From contig NIVC01001810.1 in assembly GCA_002269645.1 (NCBI GenBank), forward strand, positions 170,752 to 234,751: a DNA stretch of 64,000 nt. Reading direction: 5' to 3'. Position 1 is the stretch's first letter. The number at the start of each line of letters is the position of its first letter. Made by a program: the position numbers and the translations under genes. Positions 14,088 to 25,500 of the stretch are shown here, in pieces. The stretch is from Macrostomum lignano. Lineage: Eukaryota. The notes under the pieces were generated by a model. The model worked only from the letters and a program-made list of their open reading frames with translations, was not told the origin of the DNA and searched no databases.

Positions 14088-14466
14088 CGCGACACGGGAA
14101 GGTGAGCGACACGGGAAGGTGAGCGACACGGGAAGGTGAGCGACACGGGAAGGTGAGCGACACGGGAAGGTGAGCGACACGGGAAGGTGAGCGACACGGG
14201 AAGGTGAGCGACACGGGAAGGTGAGCGACACGGGAAGGTGAGCGACACGGGAAGGTGAGCGACACGGGAAGGTGAGCGACACGGGAAGGTGAGCGACACG
14301 GGAAGGTGAGCGACACGGGAAGGTGAGCGACACGGGAAGGTGAGCGACACGGGAAGGTGAGCGACACGGGAAGGTGAGCGACACGGGAAGGTGAGCGACA
14401 CGGGAAGGGTGAGCGACACGGGAAGGTGAGCGACACGGGAAGGGTGAGCGACACGGGAAGGTGAGC
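14088..14466. repeat. 17-bp minisatellite GACACGGGAAGGTGAGC
   Basis: About 22 copies; each contains AAG|GTGAG on the + strand. Confidence 0.97.
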
Positions 14467-14980
14467 CCTGCATAAAGGGAAGGGCGAAACTAAGATTGGG
14501 GTACCGGAGAATGGGGACAAATTGGAGAACAAAATGAGCACAAGATATATATCCAGCGCTTCGAATACTGACTCGAACTCAATCCAGCACCTGAATACTC
14601 GAATGTGCAGATCACATGCAGCAGCTGCTCAGCATCAGTGAGCACTGTTGCACAGGAACTCATGACAGCCGATCAGAGGCCCCTGACGTCACCATGAGCG
14701 CCGTCATTGCAGAGCAGCATCAGTGAGCAAGTGAGCACAGCGCAACTCACAGAGGAATATTTTACAATTGATTGCAGCTCATAAATCAGACAAGCTGAAG
14801 TCGACACTCAGAGCGCAGCCTTCTCAGCAACTGCTTGAGCACCTTTGTTTTGCATCAGCCAGCAGGTGGACAGTGGCTTGGAGTGGAGCCACCGACTTTG
14901 AGCACTCTGCTTGCTGAGTAATGTTCATTAATGTACTGATGTGCTTAGTGCTGTACTTTTGCAATAAACCGTTATGTTTT

Positions 14981-15209
14981 AGAGTGCTCCATCACCGGTA
15001 CAAAGTGCTCCATCACCGGTACAGAGTGCTCCATCACCGGTATAGAGTGCTCCATCACCGGTACAGAGTGCTCCATCACCGGTACAGAGTGCTCCATCAC
15101 CGGTACAGAGTGCTCCATCACCGGTACAGAGTGCTCCATCACCGGTACAGAGTGCTCCATCACCGGTACAGAGTGCTCCATCACCGGTACAGAGTGCTCC
15201 ATCACCGGT
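14981..15209. repeat. 21-bp minisatellite AGAGTGCTCCATCACCGGTAC
   Basis: About 11 tandem copies. Confidence 0.97.
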
Positions 15210-15631
15210 GCTCAATAATTAACAAAACACGCAATTCCGTGACTTCAGTTTCTGCAGAAGCAGCAACGATGCTCTCCAGACTCTGTCGAGTCCAGCAAAT
15301 TTCTTCAAAGTGCAGAATCCTCAGAGCCTCATCAAATATATTTAGTCATCAGGCAGGGCGGCAGGGAGGCGTCAAGCGCTCAGGAAGCTGGCAGTTCTGG
15401 CACCAGACTCTGCTCAGAGCTGCTCATAGATCTGCACTCAGCGGGCTGGCTGAGGCCTCGCAGCTCTGATGGGATTTGAGAAGCTGCTGGAGTTGAGCAC
15501 TGCGGGACCTGAGCGACTGGAGCAGGGAGGGACTCAAGCTGATGAGGCTGTGCGAGCGACTCTAAATGCAATGCTCTGGGAGACTGGGGAGAGGGAGAAG
15601 AAGGGATGGAGAAGAGAAGATAGGTAGAATG

Positions 15632-16318
15632 GAGATGCAGCAGTGGGAGATGCAGTGTGCGGGCACAGCATGGGTGCAGCAGTGGGGAGATGCAGTGTGC
15701 GGGCACAGCACGGGTGCAGCAGTGGGAGATGCAGTGTGCGGGCACAGCATGGGTGCAGCAGTGGGAGATGCAGTGTGCGGGCACAGCAGGGGTGCAGCAG
15801 TGGGGAGATGCAGTGTGCGGGCACAGCACGGGTGCAGCAGTGGGAGATGCAGTGTGCGGGCACAGCACGGGTGCAGCAGTGGGAGATGCAGTGTGCGGGC
15901 ACAGCACGGGTGCAGCAGTGGGGAGATGCAGTGTGCGGGCACAGCACGGGTGCAGCAGTGGGAGATGCAGTGTGCGGGCACAGCACGGGTGCTGCAGTGG
16001 GAGATGCAGTGTGCGGGCACAGCACGGGTGCAGCAGTGGGAGATGCAGTGTGCGGGCACGGCACGGGTGCAGCACTGGGAGATGCAGTGTGCGGGCACAG
16101 CAGGGGTGCAGCAGTGGGGAGATGCAGTGTGCGGGCACAGCACGGGTGCAGCAGTGGGAGATGCAGTGTGCGGGCACAGCACGGGTGCAGCAGTGGGAGA
16201 TGCAGTGTGCGGGCACAGCACGGGTGCAGCAGTGGGGAGATGCACTGTGCGGGCACAGCACGGGTGCAGCAGTGGGGAGATGCAGTGTGCGGGCACAGCA
16301 GGGGTGCAGCAGTGGGAG
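15632..16318. repeat. 39-40-bp minisatellite GGGAGATGCAGTGTGCGGGCACAGCACGGGTGCAGCAGT
   Basis: About 17 tandem copies. Confidence 0.97.
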
Positions 16319-16996
16319 GCGGCGGGTTCGCACCTGACAGACTCAATAAAAATTCAATTAACGCACAATGAGCAGCGAATGTACATCAGTGTAAATTACA
16401 GATCAGTCTGGGAAAGGATTGCTAGCCCAGCTCCCTACTCTATTGGGATAAATCCTCAGCTTAAATCCCAAAGCATCCCAAAGCTCAGGGTCAGACTAGC
16501 AATCCACTCCCCGACCCCGCTGGGCCCAGCAGCTCACAGCGGGTGCACACAGCAATTTCAGCTTGCGGATTCGGCAGGGACAACAAAGAGTCACAACAAA
16601 GAGCTGATGGGGACAAGCGGCAGGTGCAGGGGATCACAGAGAGCGGTGCACAGGCGGTGCCAAGCAGTGCATTCTGAAGTGCAGGAGGACTTCAGCGAAT
16701 TGCCAGGTGCAGAAATTTGCACACAGAAATATTTTTTACAGTGCGAGCTGAGCGAATTCAGCAAAGCTGGGCAGAGGGCGCGGCAGCCGCGGCTCTGCGG
16801 CATCTCCGTGTGAGCCGCCCCGGATCTGCCGCTCCTTGGCTAGACTAGCAATCCACTCTGTTTGTGGAATCCAGCAAACCAGGCCCGGGAGCGCCAAGGT
16901 CAAGTCAGTAAAAGTACATCCTGTCACATCCAGGGCATTGCTGATTGACAATTCAGTCCAGCTGCATGGGGCCCGGGCTCGAGCCCCGCACCTCCC

Positions 16997-18019
16997 CTAG
17001 GAGGCCAGCGGCAGCTGCAGCAGGCTGCCGTCCCGTGGCGAGAAGCCGGCGTTGTGGCGCTGCAGGAACAGGTGCACCTCCCGGAACCGCGGCCTGCAGG
17101 CTTCGTCCCGCTGCCAGCACTCGCTCATCAGGTCGAAGAGCTCGCGGGGGCACCGCGGGGGGCGGGGCAGCCAGTCAGACAAACACCGAGCAGCAGCCGC
17201 TCACCTGCTGGTCGGTGAGGTGAGCAAACGGCTGCTCCCTGCAGAAGGTGAGCATCTCCCAGAGCGTCACAGCGAAGCTCCAGACGTCGCTGCGGCAGGA
17301 GAAGCGGCCGTGCAGGACGGCCTCCCAGGCCATCCAGCGGATCGGCAGCGAGGCGCCGCGACCTCCGTCCAGCCTGCAGTAGTCAGCGGAGTAGAGAGGC
17401 TGAGACATGCCAAAGTCGCAGATCTTCACCTGGTAGTCTTCACCCAGCAGGCAGTTGCGGCAGGCCAGGTCTCGGTGCACCAGCTGCAGGGACTCCAGGT
17501 ACTTCATGCCGCTGGCAATCTGAGCTGCCAGGTAGATGAGGCAGCCGTGAGACAGCGGCGGCTCAGCTGATGCTGCAGCGGCTGCTCTGGAGCGCAGGAA
17601 CTGGTGCAGGTCCCCATGCTGCATGAACTCCACCAGGATGCACTGCTGCGCCGCTGCGTCCTTGGTTGCCACGCCCAGCACCCTGACGATGTTCGGGTCC
17701 TGCAGGCGCGCCAACAGCCGCATCTCGCGCCGGAAGTCGCGGCGCGCCTGCGGCCCCGCGCCAGGCCGGAGAGTCTTGGCCGCCACCAGCAGCAGCCGGC
17801 CGCCAGGAGCGGCCCACTCGGCCAGGCGGACCTCGCCGAACTGGCCGGCGCCAAGGCGCTCTTTCAGCGCCACGGAGCCCGGCGCCACCTCGAGAGCGGC
17901 GACCGCGTCGGAGTCGGCGCCGCCGTCCAGATCGTCAGGGACTCCAGCGACACCGCCGCAGTCCATGGCGGAGGCGAGGTCCGCGTCCGGACAGCCGTAG
18001 ACTGTGTTGCCCGAGCAGC
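16997..18019 (-). CDS. Discoidin-domain-receptor-like tyrosine kinase domain; one lesion near 17171-17204; no upstream exons identified
   Basis: Juxtamembrane GNTVY, then LGAGQFGEV, VAAKTL, DPNIVRVLG, HRDLACRN, KICDFGMS, LPIRWMAWE, SDVWSFAVTLWE and CPRELFDLMSECW. Acceptor CCGCAG at 18021-18020 is phase 1. Confidence 0.8.
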
Positions 18020-18729
18020 CTGCGGATTAGGGGAGTAGGGGAATGGATTTAGAGGGGATTATTGGCATTTGGAAGGCCAGCTGCAGCTGATGATGGGGAA
18101 TATGGCGCTCGCTCAGATTTCGGGAAACTCGGACACCAGCAGCTCAGAAATCAGGTGCTCCATCAGCTCAGGACTTGGAGCCTGCCTTCGCTGCTGCCGC
18201 TCGCTCACGCCTCAGGAGTTCAGCGCAGACTGACAGCTCGAAGAAGCTGAGCTGGCTGCATCATCTCAGAGGTGCCGGTGAGGCAAAGTCATCGAGAGGC
18301 TGGCCAAGTGGCCTCATCAGCGGCTGCCCCATCAGTGACGGACCGGCCTGCGGTTACGCAATGAGCTCTGCTCCCCAGCAGAATTCCCTCCTCTCTGCTG
18401 TCTGCCTCACCGGCAGGAAGTGGCTGAGCTGCCTCATCTCTCTCCCAGCCTCTCAGCTGCTCAGTTGATCACTTTCCACTTGATGCGGCTGAGAAGCTGG
18501 GACAAAGAGCTGCTCGCGTGGCTGATAAGTGTTTGATGCTGGGGGCTTCATCAGTGGGGATCTGAGCAGGAATGCGGACTGAGAAGACTCAGGTGTCACC
18601 TGATGGCACTGATAGAGCTCAGTGGGAAATATGAAATGTTGAGGCATTTCGGTAATCCCCAAATCCTCATCACAGGTGAGTCAGGCCACCTGTTGATGTG
18701 CATGCCGTGAGCCTATGAACATGCTGACG

Positions 18730-20820
18730 TTGCAAACGACTTTCTGCCACAGGCGGCACTGGTCTCTTGGAATCGAAAATTGCTAGAAGCGGTTTGTGGC
18801 CAGTGACCAGGATGAAATTTCGACCCAACAGGTACTTATGGAACTTCTTAAGTCCAAATATAATTACCAATGCTTCATTTTCAATTTGGGCATAGTTATT
18901 TTCAGCAGCTGACAGTGTTCTAGAAGCGTAGGCGATTGGCCTGTCTCCGGTCTTTGTTTCATGAGAAATGACCGCACCAAGACCGTAAGGTGAAGCGTCA
19001 TATTCTAGCTTCAGATTCTTGGACAGATCATAGTGAGTCAGCACCTTGCTTGAAGTAAGTTGATCTTTGACTTGCCTGAACGCGGATTCGAACCGGCTGG
19101 CCAGTCGAAATCCTTTTCTTTTCGAAGTCGCAAGTAAAAGGGGTGCATCAGAGTTGCCAGATTCTGGATGAATTTTCCATAATAATTTATCAGTCCAATC
19201 GAAGCCCTTAGCTCGGACACATTTCGTGGGCGTGGAGCCTCATGGATAGCTCTGATCTTGTCCTCAGTTGGGTGAATTCCCTTTTCATCCATCCTGTATC
19301 CAAGGAAAGTGACAGATGTCTGCTCGAATTTACACTTCGACTTCTTTAGTCTGACACCTCGCTCTCGAAAGCGTTGCAAAACCTTCTTCAGATTTTGCAA
19401 GTGTTCCTCGGAATTCTTGCCAACTACTAAAACATCGTCAATGAAGCAGATGACTCCGCTCAGTCCTTGCAGCATCTTGGCCAACTACTAAAACATCGTC
19501 AATGAAGCAGATGACTCCGCTCAGTCCTTGCAAAATCTTGTCCATGGCCATCTGGAAAACTACCGGTCCACTGGCTAGTCCGTATTGCAGCCGCTGGCAC
19601 TGAAACAATCCCTTGTGCGTATTGAGCACAATGTACTGTTTGGAGTCTTCGTCCAATTATAGCTGCAGAAATGCTTGAGTAGCGTCCAACTTAGTGATAT
19701 ACTTGCCTCCATTTAGAGCACTAAACAGATCTTCCTGCCTGGGCAATGGGTACTGGTCGACAATCAGAACCTTGTTCAGTGTCGTCTTGAAATCCGCAAA
19801 TTGTCACTGATCAAAGCGAACAGGCTTTTTGGTTATCAAAATTTCTACGAAGTAAGCAGGGTTACCTCTGTCAAATACCCGATTAATGCTTGGTGGTGAT
19901 ACTCTGGCTTCTTGGCCACACGGTTCATTCGCGAAGTACTCCGTAACCTGCTTGTTGCGAAATCCTTTCAGAGCCACGGTAGACTTACATGCAACTCCCA
20001 GGTGTCCTTCTTTTCCACACTTGTTGCACTTTTTATTACGATGTGGGCAAGCATTTGCCAAGTGATCTGGGCCAGAGCAACGGTAGCACCTGCGAGTAAA
20101 TGTAGGCTTCTCCTTGTTTCCTTCCCTGATTTGGCGGGTCTCAGTAGCGCGTCGAAAAGCTGGCTTCCGCTTCTGGAGCTGGTCGCTTCGAGTGCCAACT
20201 CTGTTCACTGCTGGAGCAGATCCTTGGATGCTGCGAGCGTTCTTGAATGCATTCTCAATGACCTGAGCCTCCTCAACTGTGACATTGAATGTCGAGTCGT
20301 CTTTTAGAGTGGTCAACAGTTTGTTCAACATATGCTCGTCTCTGAGGCCGAAGTCAAAAGCATCGCGGAGCGCTTGATCCAGGAATGCGTCAAACTTGCA
20401 GCTGGCACTGAGGCTTCGAAGACTTACAACGAAGTCGGCTATGGTCTCGCCATCCTTCTGCTTCCTTTGAGCGAATACGAATCGTTGAGCAATAGAGCTC
20501 AATTCCGGTGTAAACTGGTGCCGGAGTGCAGTCAGTAGCTCCTCGCTGGCGCAATTGCGTTCCTCAGAATTGAGTAGGCCTCTTCTCTGATCAGGGTCAG
20601 CAGGTTCGCCTTTTCTCAGCTTCATCAGTGACTTTCTTGGCCACATGAAAATACTCCAGCCGCTCCTCGTACTCCTCCCAGTTCCGAGGGTTGCTGCAGT
20701 TGAATGGTTCGATAACCGGCCTCGTCGCCATTGTTGTGTTTGTATCGTATTTCCTAAAAGCCGTTTTTTATAAAAGCAAGCACGCAGGCTCGAAGCCTAA
20801 GGAACGCAGCTTTCACAACA
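18730..20820 (-). mobile_element. Degenerate Ty3/gypsy (Mag-like) LTR retrotransposon, internally deleted and 3'-truncated
   Basis: 89-bp LTR TGTTGTG...CACAACA at 20732-20820. PBS TGGCGACGAGG (complementary to tRNA-Ser GCU) at 20730-20720. Gag with two CCHC knuckles at 19804-20646, RT (FIDD) and RNase H (DASPYGLGAV, YAQIENEAL). Most of the protease and all of the integrase are missing. Confidence 0.9.
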
Positions 20821-21029
20821 GGCTCATGGCTGCTGCCAGTGTCATGCTGTTTCTGGAACAATCGATCAGCAGTGTCTGTCCAACTGAAGTCGGAGGTCGC
20901 GAACTGCTGCAGAGGCGCCTCTGGCAGGTGAAGAATTTATTATTATTTGCAGTTCTTTGCTCTCTGTTAAACAAAAGTACAAAGCCAGAAGCAGTACCGA
21001 AATGCTCGCATCTCACTGCAATGAGCACC

Positions 21030-21110
21030 ACAGAGCCCGGCGTCACCTCGAGAGCGGCGACCGCGCCAGAGTCCGCGCCATCCAGTCTGACTTTCGAGCG
21101 CCATCTGTCT
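21030..21110 (-). pseudogene. Short relic copy of the DDR-like exon's pre-kinase segment
   Basis: LDGADSGAVAALEVTPGSV here versus LDGGADSDAVAALEVAPGSV at about 17930-17870; the DNA similarity is visible. Confidence 0.7.
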
Positions 21111-21344
21111 GCAGGCGTCACCGCAGGCGCCGGAATTTCTCAGGAATTTCTCAGTCAGCCCATAGACAGCAATAATTTGGTAAACAAAATTCCGCAGTTG
21201 CTATGGAGACAACATGATTTTGTGAATCGGAAATTTTGATGCTTTTGAATCTGTATAAAATATTCTCCATTTATTTATTCCAAAAAATCAGGGTAATTAT
21301 AAGAAAGACTTTAAATTTTGTTTAGCACAAAATGAAATTATAAA

Positions 21345-21718
21345 TATTGCATTCAGGGGATAAATATTGCATTCAGGGGATAAATATTGCATTCAGGGGA
21401 TAAATATTGCATTCAGGGGATAAATATTGCATTCAGGGGATAAATATTGCATTCAGGGGATAAATATTGCATTCTGGGGATAAATATTGCATTCAGGGGA
21501 TAAATATTGCATTCAGGGGATAAATATTGCATTCAGGGGATAATTATTGCAATCAGGGGATAAATATTGCATTCAGGGGATAAATATTGCATTCAGGGGA
21601 TAAATATTGCATTCCGGGGATAAATATTGCATTCAGGGGATAAATATTGCATTCCGGGGATAAATATTGCATTCAGGGGATAAATATTGCATTCCGGGGA
21701 TAAATATTGCAATCAGGG
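21345..21718. repeat. 20-bp minisatellite ATAAATATTGCATTCAGGGG
   Basis: About 18 tandem copies. Confidence 0.97.
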
Positions 21719-22261
21719 AATAGTAAACTTTCGCACACACCATCAGTGATTCAAATTCGCTCATTGCTACTTGTCAGTAGTTGATCTCTCACATCTGGCC
21801 ATCACAAGCAGTCCCTCAGGTGCATAAAAAGTAACTCAGCGTGTCAGCTGTGAAAGCTCCAATTAAAACGCCTTTCTGTCGATAAGAGCTGCAAGAATGC
21901 CTGCAGGGCATGCAGAGCCAGCAGCTGAGCCACAGGGGGCTCACAGATAAGGCCGCCTGTTCACCGCAGCTGAGCCTACTGGAGGCATTCTAGCGGTGAA
22001 ATGCTTGGCGTACTGTTCTGCTCTGACAAAATCAGCAGTGCATTTTATCTAATCATTATTTTGGTGCCATGGCTCAGTGACTTGGCACAGATTTTTCATT
22101 TTAGCACTTTTATATCAGCTCACAGCGAATTTGATTTGGCCTCGAAGTATGCTTAACGGGAGAATATGTTTATGTCTTTGAGGGAGATGATTTCCACTGT
22201 TGACAGTTCTCAGAGAGACAGCGGAACAACAGCAATAAAATCACAGCTTCTGATTGACCAT

Positions 22262-22501
22262 CTGTCACTGACTCATCCCAATCTGTCACTGACTCATGCT
22301 AATCTGTCACTGACTCATGCCAATCTGTCACTGACTCATGCCAATCTGTCACTGACTCATGCCAATCTGTCACTGACTCATGCCAATCTGTCACTGACTC
22401 ATGCCAATCTGTCACTGACTCAGGCCAGTCTGTCACTGAGTCATGCCAGTCTGTCACTGACTCATGCCAGTCTGTCACTGACTCATGCCAGTCTGTCACT
22501 G
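22262..22501. repeat. 21-bp minisatellite CTGTCACTGACTCATGCCAAT starting at the stop codon of kinase B
   Basis: About 11 copies, each with TGACTCA. The same unit occurs at 12283-12320 and 46456-47112. Confidence 0.95.
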
Positions 22502-25500
22502 CAGAAATTTGTGCTCCAGCAGCTCCGCGGTGGCCGCTCGCCTCCTCGGCTCCCTCTGGACGCACCGTCCGTAGAAGTCCCTCAGCAGGGCGGAGGTCCC
22601 GGCCGGCAGCTGCGGCATGTCGTGGTTTCGAATCCTCAGCGGGATCTGCTGCCACATGAGCTGCCCATTCGGAGGCTGCATCTCCAGCATCTCGAACACG
22701 GAGCAGCCGAAAGCCCACACGTCAGTCTTGGGTGAGTACACGATTCTTCCGTCCTCACTGAACAGCTCTGGAGCCATGAAGTAGGGGGTGCCGCAATCCC
22801 TCTTGGTGCTGTGCATCGAGGCGAAGACCTCCTTGGCGAGACCGAAGTCGATCAGCTTGATGAGGCCCTCATTGGTGAGCATCAAGTTGGAGCACTTGAT
22901 GTCACGGTGCAGGGTGACGGGACTGCGGCTGTGCAGGAAGTTGAGCGCTGAGCAGATCTGTGAGTTGGGGAGCGAGTGAGCAGGGGTGGTGTGGGATCTG
23001 AGCTGCTTGGAGAAGTCCCTCACTGCTGCATGAGGTGGTGTGGGATCTGAGCTGCTTGGAGAAGTCCCTCACTGCTGCATGGGATGGTGTGGGATCTGAG
23101 CTGCTTGGAGAAGTCCCTCACTGCTGCATGGGGTGGTGTGGGATCTGAGCTGCTTGGAGAGTCCCTCACTGCTGGATGGAGTGGTGTGGGACGTGAGCTG
23201 CTTGGAGAAGTCCCTCACTGCTGCATGGGGTGGTGTGGGATCTCACCTGCTTGGAGAAGTCCCTCACTGCTGCATGGGGTGGTGTGGGATCTGAGCTGCT
23301 TGGAGAAGTCCCTCACTGCTGCATGGGGTGGTGTGGGATCTCACCTGCTTGGAGAAGTCCCTCACTGCTGCCTCATCGAAGGGCCGTCGCTGCAGCTGCA
23401 TCAGCTCAGAGAGGCTGTGGCCGGAGATCAGCTCGGTGAAGATGCACAGCTTGCCCTTCTTGATGCGCTCAGACTTGAGGAACTGCACGATGTTCGGGTG
23501 CCGGATGGCCTTCAGAACGGAGATCTCCGTATTCTCCTTCTCGATGGCCTCGTCCATCAGCCTGGCGCTGCTGGCACCTGCCAGCTTGACGATCTTGACA
23601 GCCACAGTCTGGCGCTTATCGGTGAACGCCTTGTACACCTTGCCGAAGCCACCTACTCCGAGCAGCTGCTTGTTGCCGTCACCATCGAGAAGGAAGTCCC
23701 AGCTGGAGAAGGCGGGATCCAGAGGCGGCCTTGTACTGAAAGATGTTGAAAGACTGAATGAAGCAAAGCGAGATGGCTGCAGAAATGGGGAACTGAGCAG
23801 GCAGGGAGAGTCTGTCAAGTGATGATGTCATGGGACAGAGTACGGCTGACTAGTTCTATCTCTCTCTCTGTCATCACTGTCCCATTGAAATAGGTACAGC
23901 CAACAACTCTGTTTAATCAAGTCTAGAAGTAATAAGCAATAGCACAACCAAATATATAAAAACAAGCCCTGCTCAGTGGAAGTAAAATCTTAAAGGCTTC
24001 GTGTCAGTAATAGAGCGAAATTTGAATTTTCTACATTGGCATTGCAAACTATCGAACAAACAAGCGCAGTGGCTAATATTATCTCTGTCGCCACGAGTGC
24101 CATTCAATCCATCCAGCTACTCAGTCACGCAGTGGGCGGCCTGGTCAATTAGATTTGACTATTTCATTGCAGCGTCTGGAGTCTCAGAAGAAAACAGAAT
24201 AAGTGCCATTAAATCTGGCCCAGTAAGTGTGGCATCTACTGCTCTCTGGAGATCTCCAGAGAAGTGCAAGCCAATCACACAGACTCAAGAGAATCGCTGG
24301 AGAAGCTTTTGCCTCAACTGACCAAAACCTGGTCTTCGCACGGTATCAGCTTCGGCAGTGCACACAACAGCTGGGAGAGACCATAGACAGCCTGGCACGC
24401 TCGGGTGAAAGCACCCGCTGACACCTGCAACTTCGGAGAACTTCGCGATTCCATCATTCATGATCAGTGGGTCGCCACCTGCCTGTCTGACGCACTTCGT
24501 CGCCGACTACTGCGAGAATCCGACATTGTGCTCAGCGATGCCAAGCATGCAGAAGCGCAAGCAACGGCAATCAAGCTGTCGAAGGACTCGACCGTCGCCG
24601 CAATCAGCACGCAAAGCAAGCCGCCACAGTCAGCAAGCCATTTCCTCACCTGCTGCAGATGCGGCGAGTCCGGCCACAGCAACAGTGATGCTGCTAAAGG
24701 CAAAAGTTCTCGAAGTCCGGTGGATCAATGATGACGTTTTCCGATACGCAGACAGCATGCAACAGCACAATCAGCGCCACGACTGCCTCACCAGATTCTC
24801 AGAGTGCGGACAGCCCGAAAAATTCAGGTTTGCCAAAAGTTCGATCAGCTTTCTCCCAGGGAATTTCGGTGCCAGGTGAGAAAATCAGAGCAGTCAAGGT
24901 GTTTGGGAGGCAGGCTAACATATTGATTTTCTTTGCATTGCGTGATTTAATGTACGTACTTATTATTCAGTTTGCTATGTACGCTGATCTATAGCCCAGG
25001 CAATGTTTCACCCACCTCTCCACTCTGGTTTGATAGTCTGACTGACTGCAAATAAATATATCTTTGAGAGGGTTTTCTAACCCTGTGTGCGGTTCGGTTT
25101 TGTTATCTCGCTTGAGCCTCAGCTCCTAATAGTTTGGCGGACCATCAGTCTCTTCATTTTCTACAGTACTTTCGACCGCCAACCAACGCGTCCGAGACTC
25201 GGTCCTTCCCGCGACTGGCGAATTACCTGTCAAAGTTTATCCAGGGCTTCGCTGACCTGACAGCCCCACTGCGCGAGCCAACCAAGAACTGCAAGGTTTG
25301 GAAATGGACGACTCAGCACAGAGGCCTTTGAGTTCACCAAGCTTGCTGTTGATCCCATCAGCGTTCAATTGCAACAGCTTGAAACCTGGAGGGTCGGCGT
25401 TTCAACACGCCATGTTGGAGGGGAGAGTCGCGGCGGGGAGGTTCAGTCGCATGAAGAGAGGCTGGGAGAGCGGACAGCGGCGAGGCAGAAGTGTTAGCAC

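Noticed and set aside
15380-16813. Cys-rich repeat ORFs
   Set aside because: Translations of the 39-40-bp minisatellite.
16997-18019. DDR-like kinase as a direct effector exon for an ANK exon
   Set aside because: Its acceptor is phase 1, whereas the ANK donors are phase 2.
17052-18038. Plus-strand ORFs overlapping the tyrosine kinase (and similar ORFs at 23084-23822 and 48088-48933)
   Set aside because: Antisense shadows of GC-rich coding exons with no recognisable motifs.
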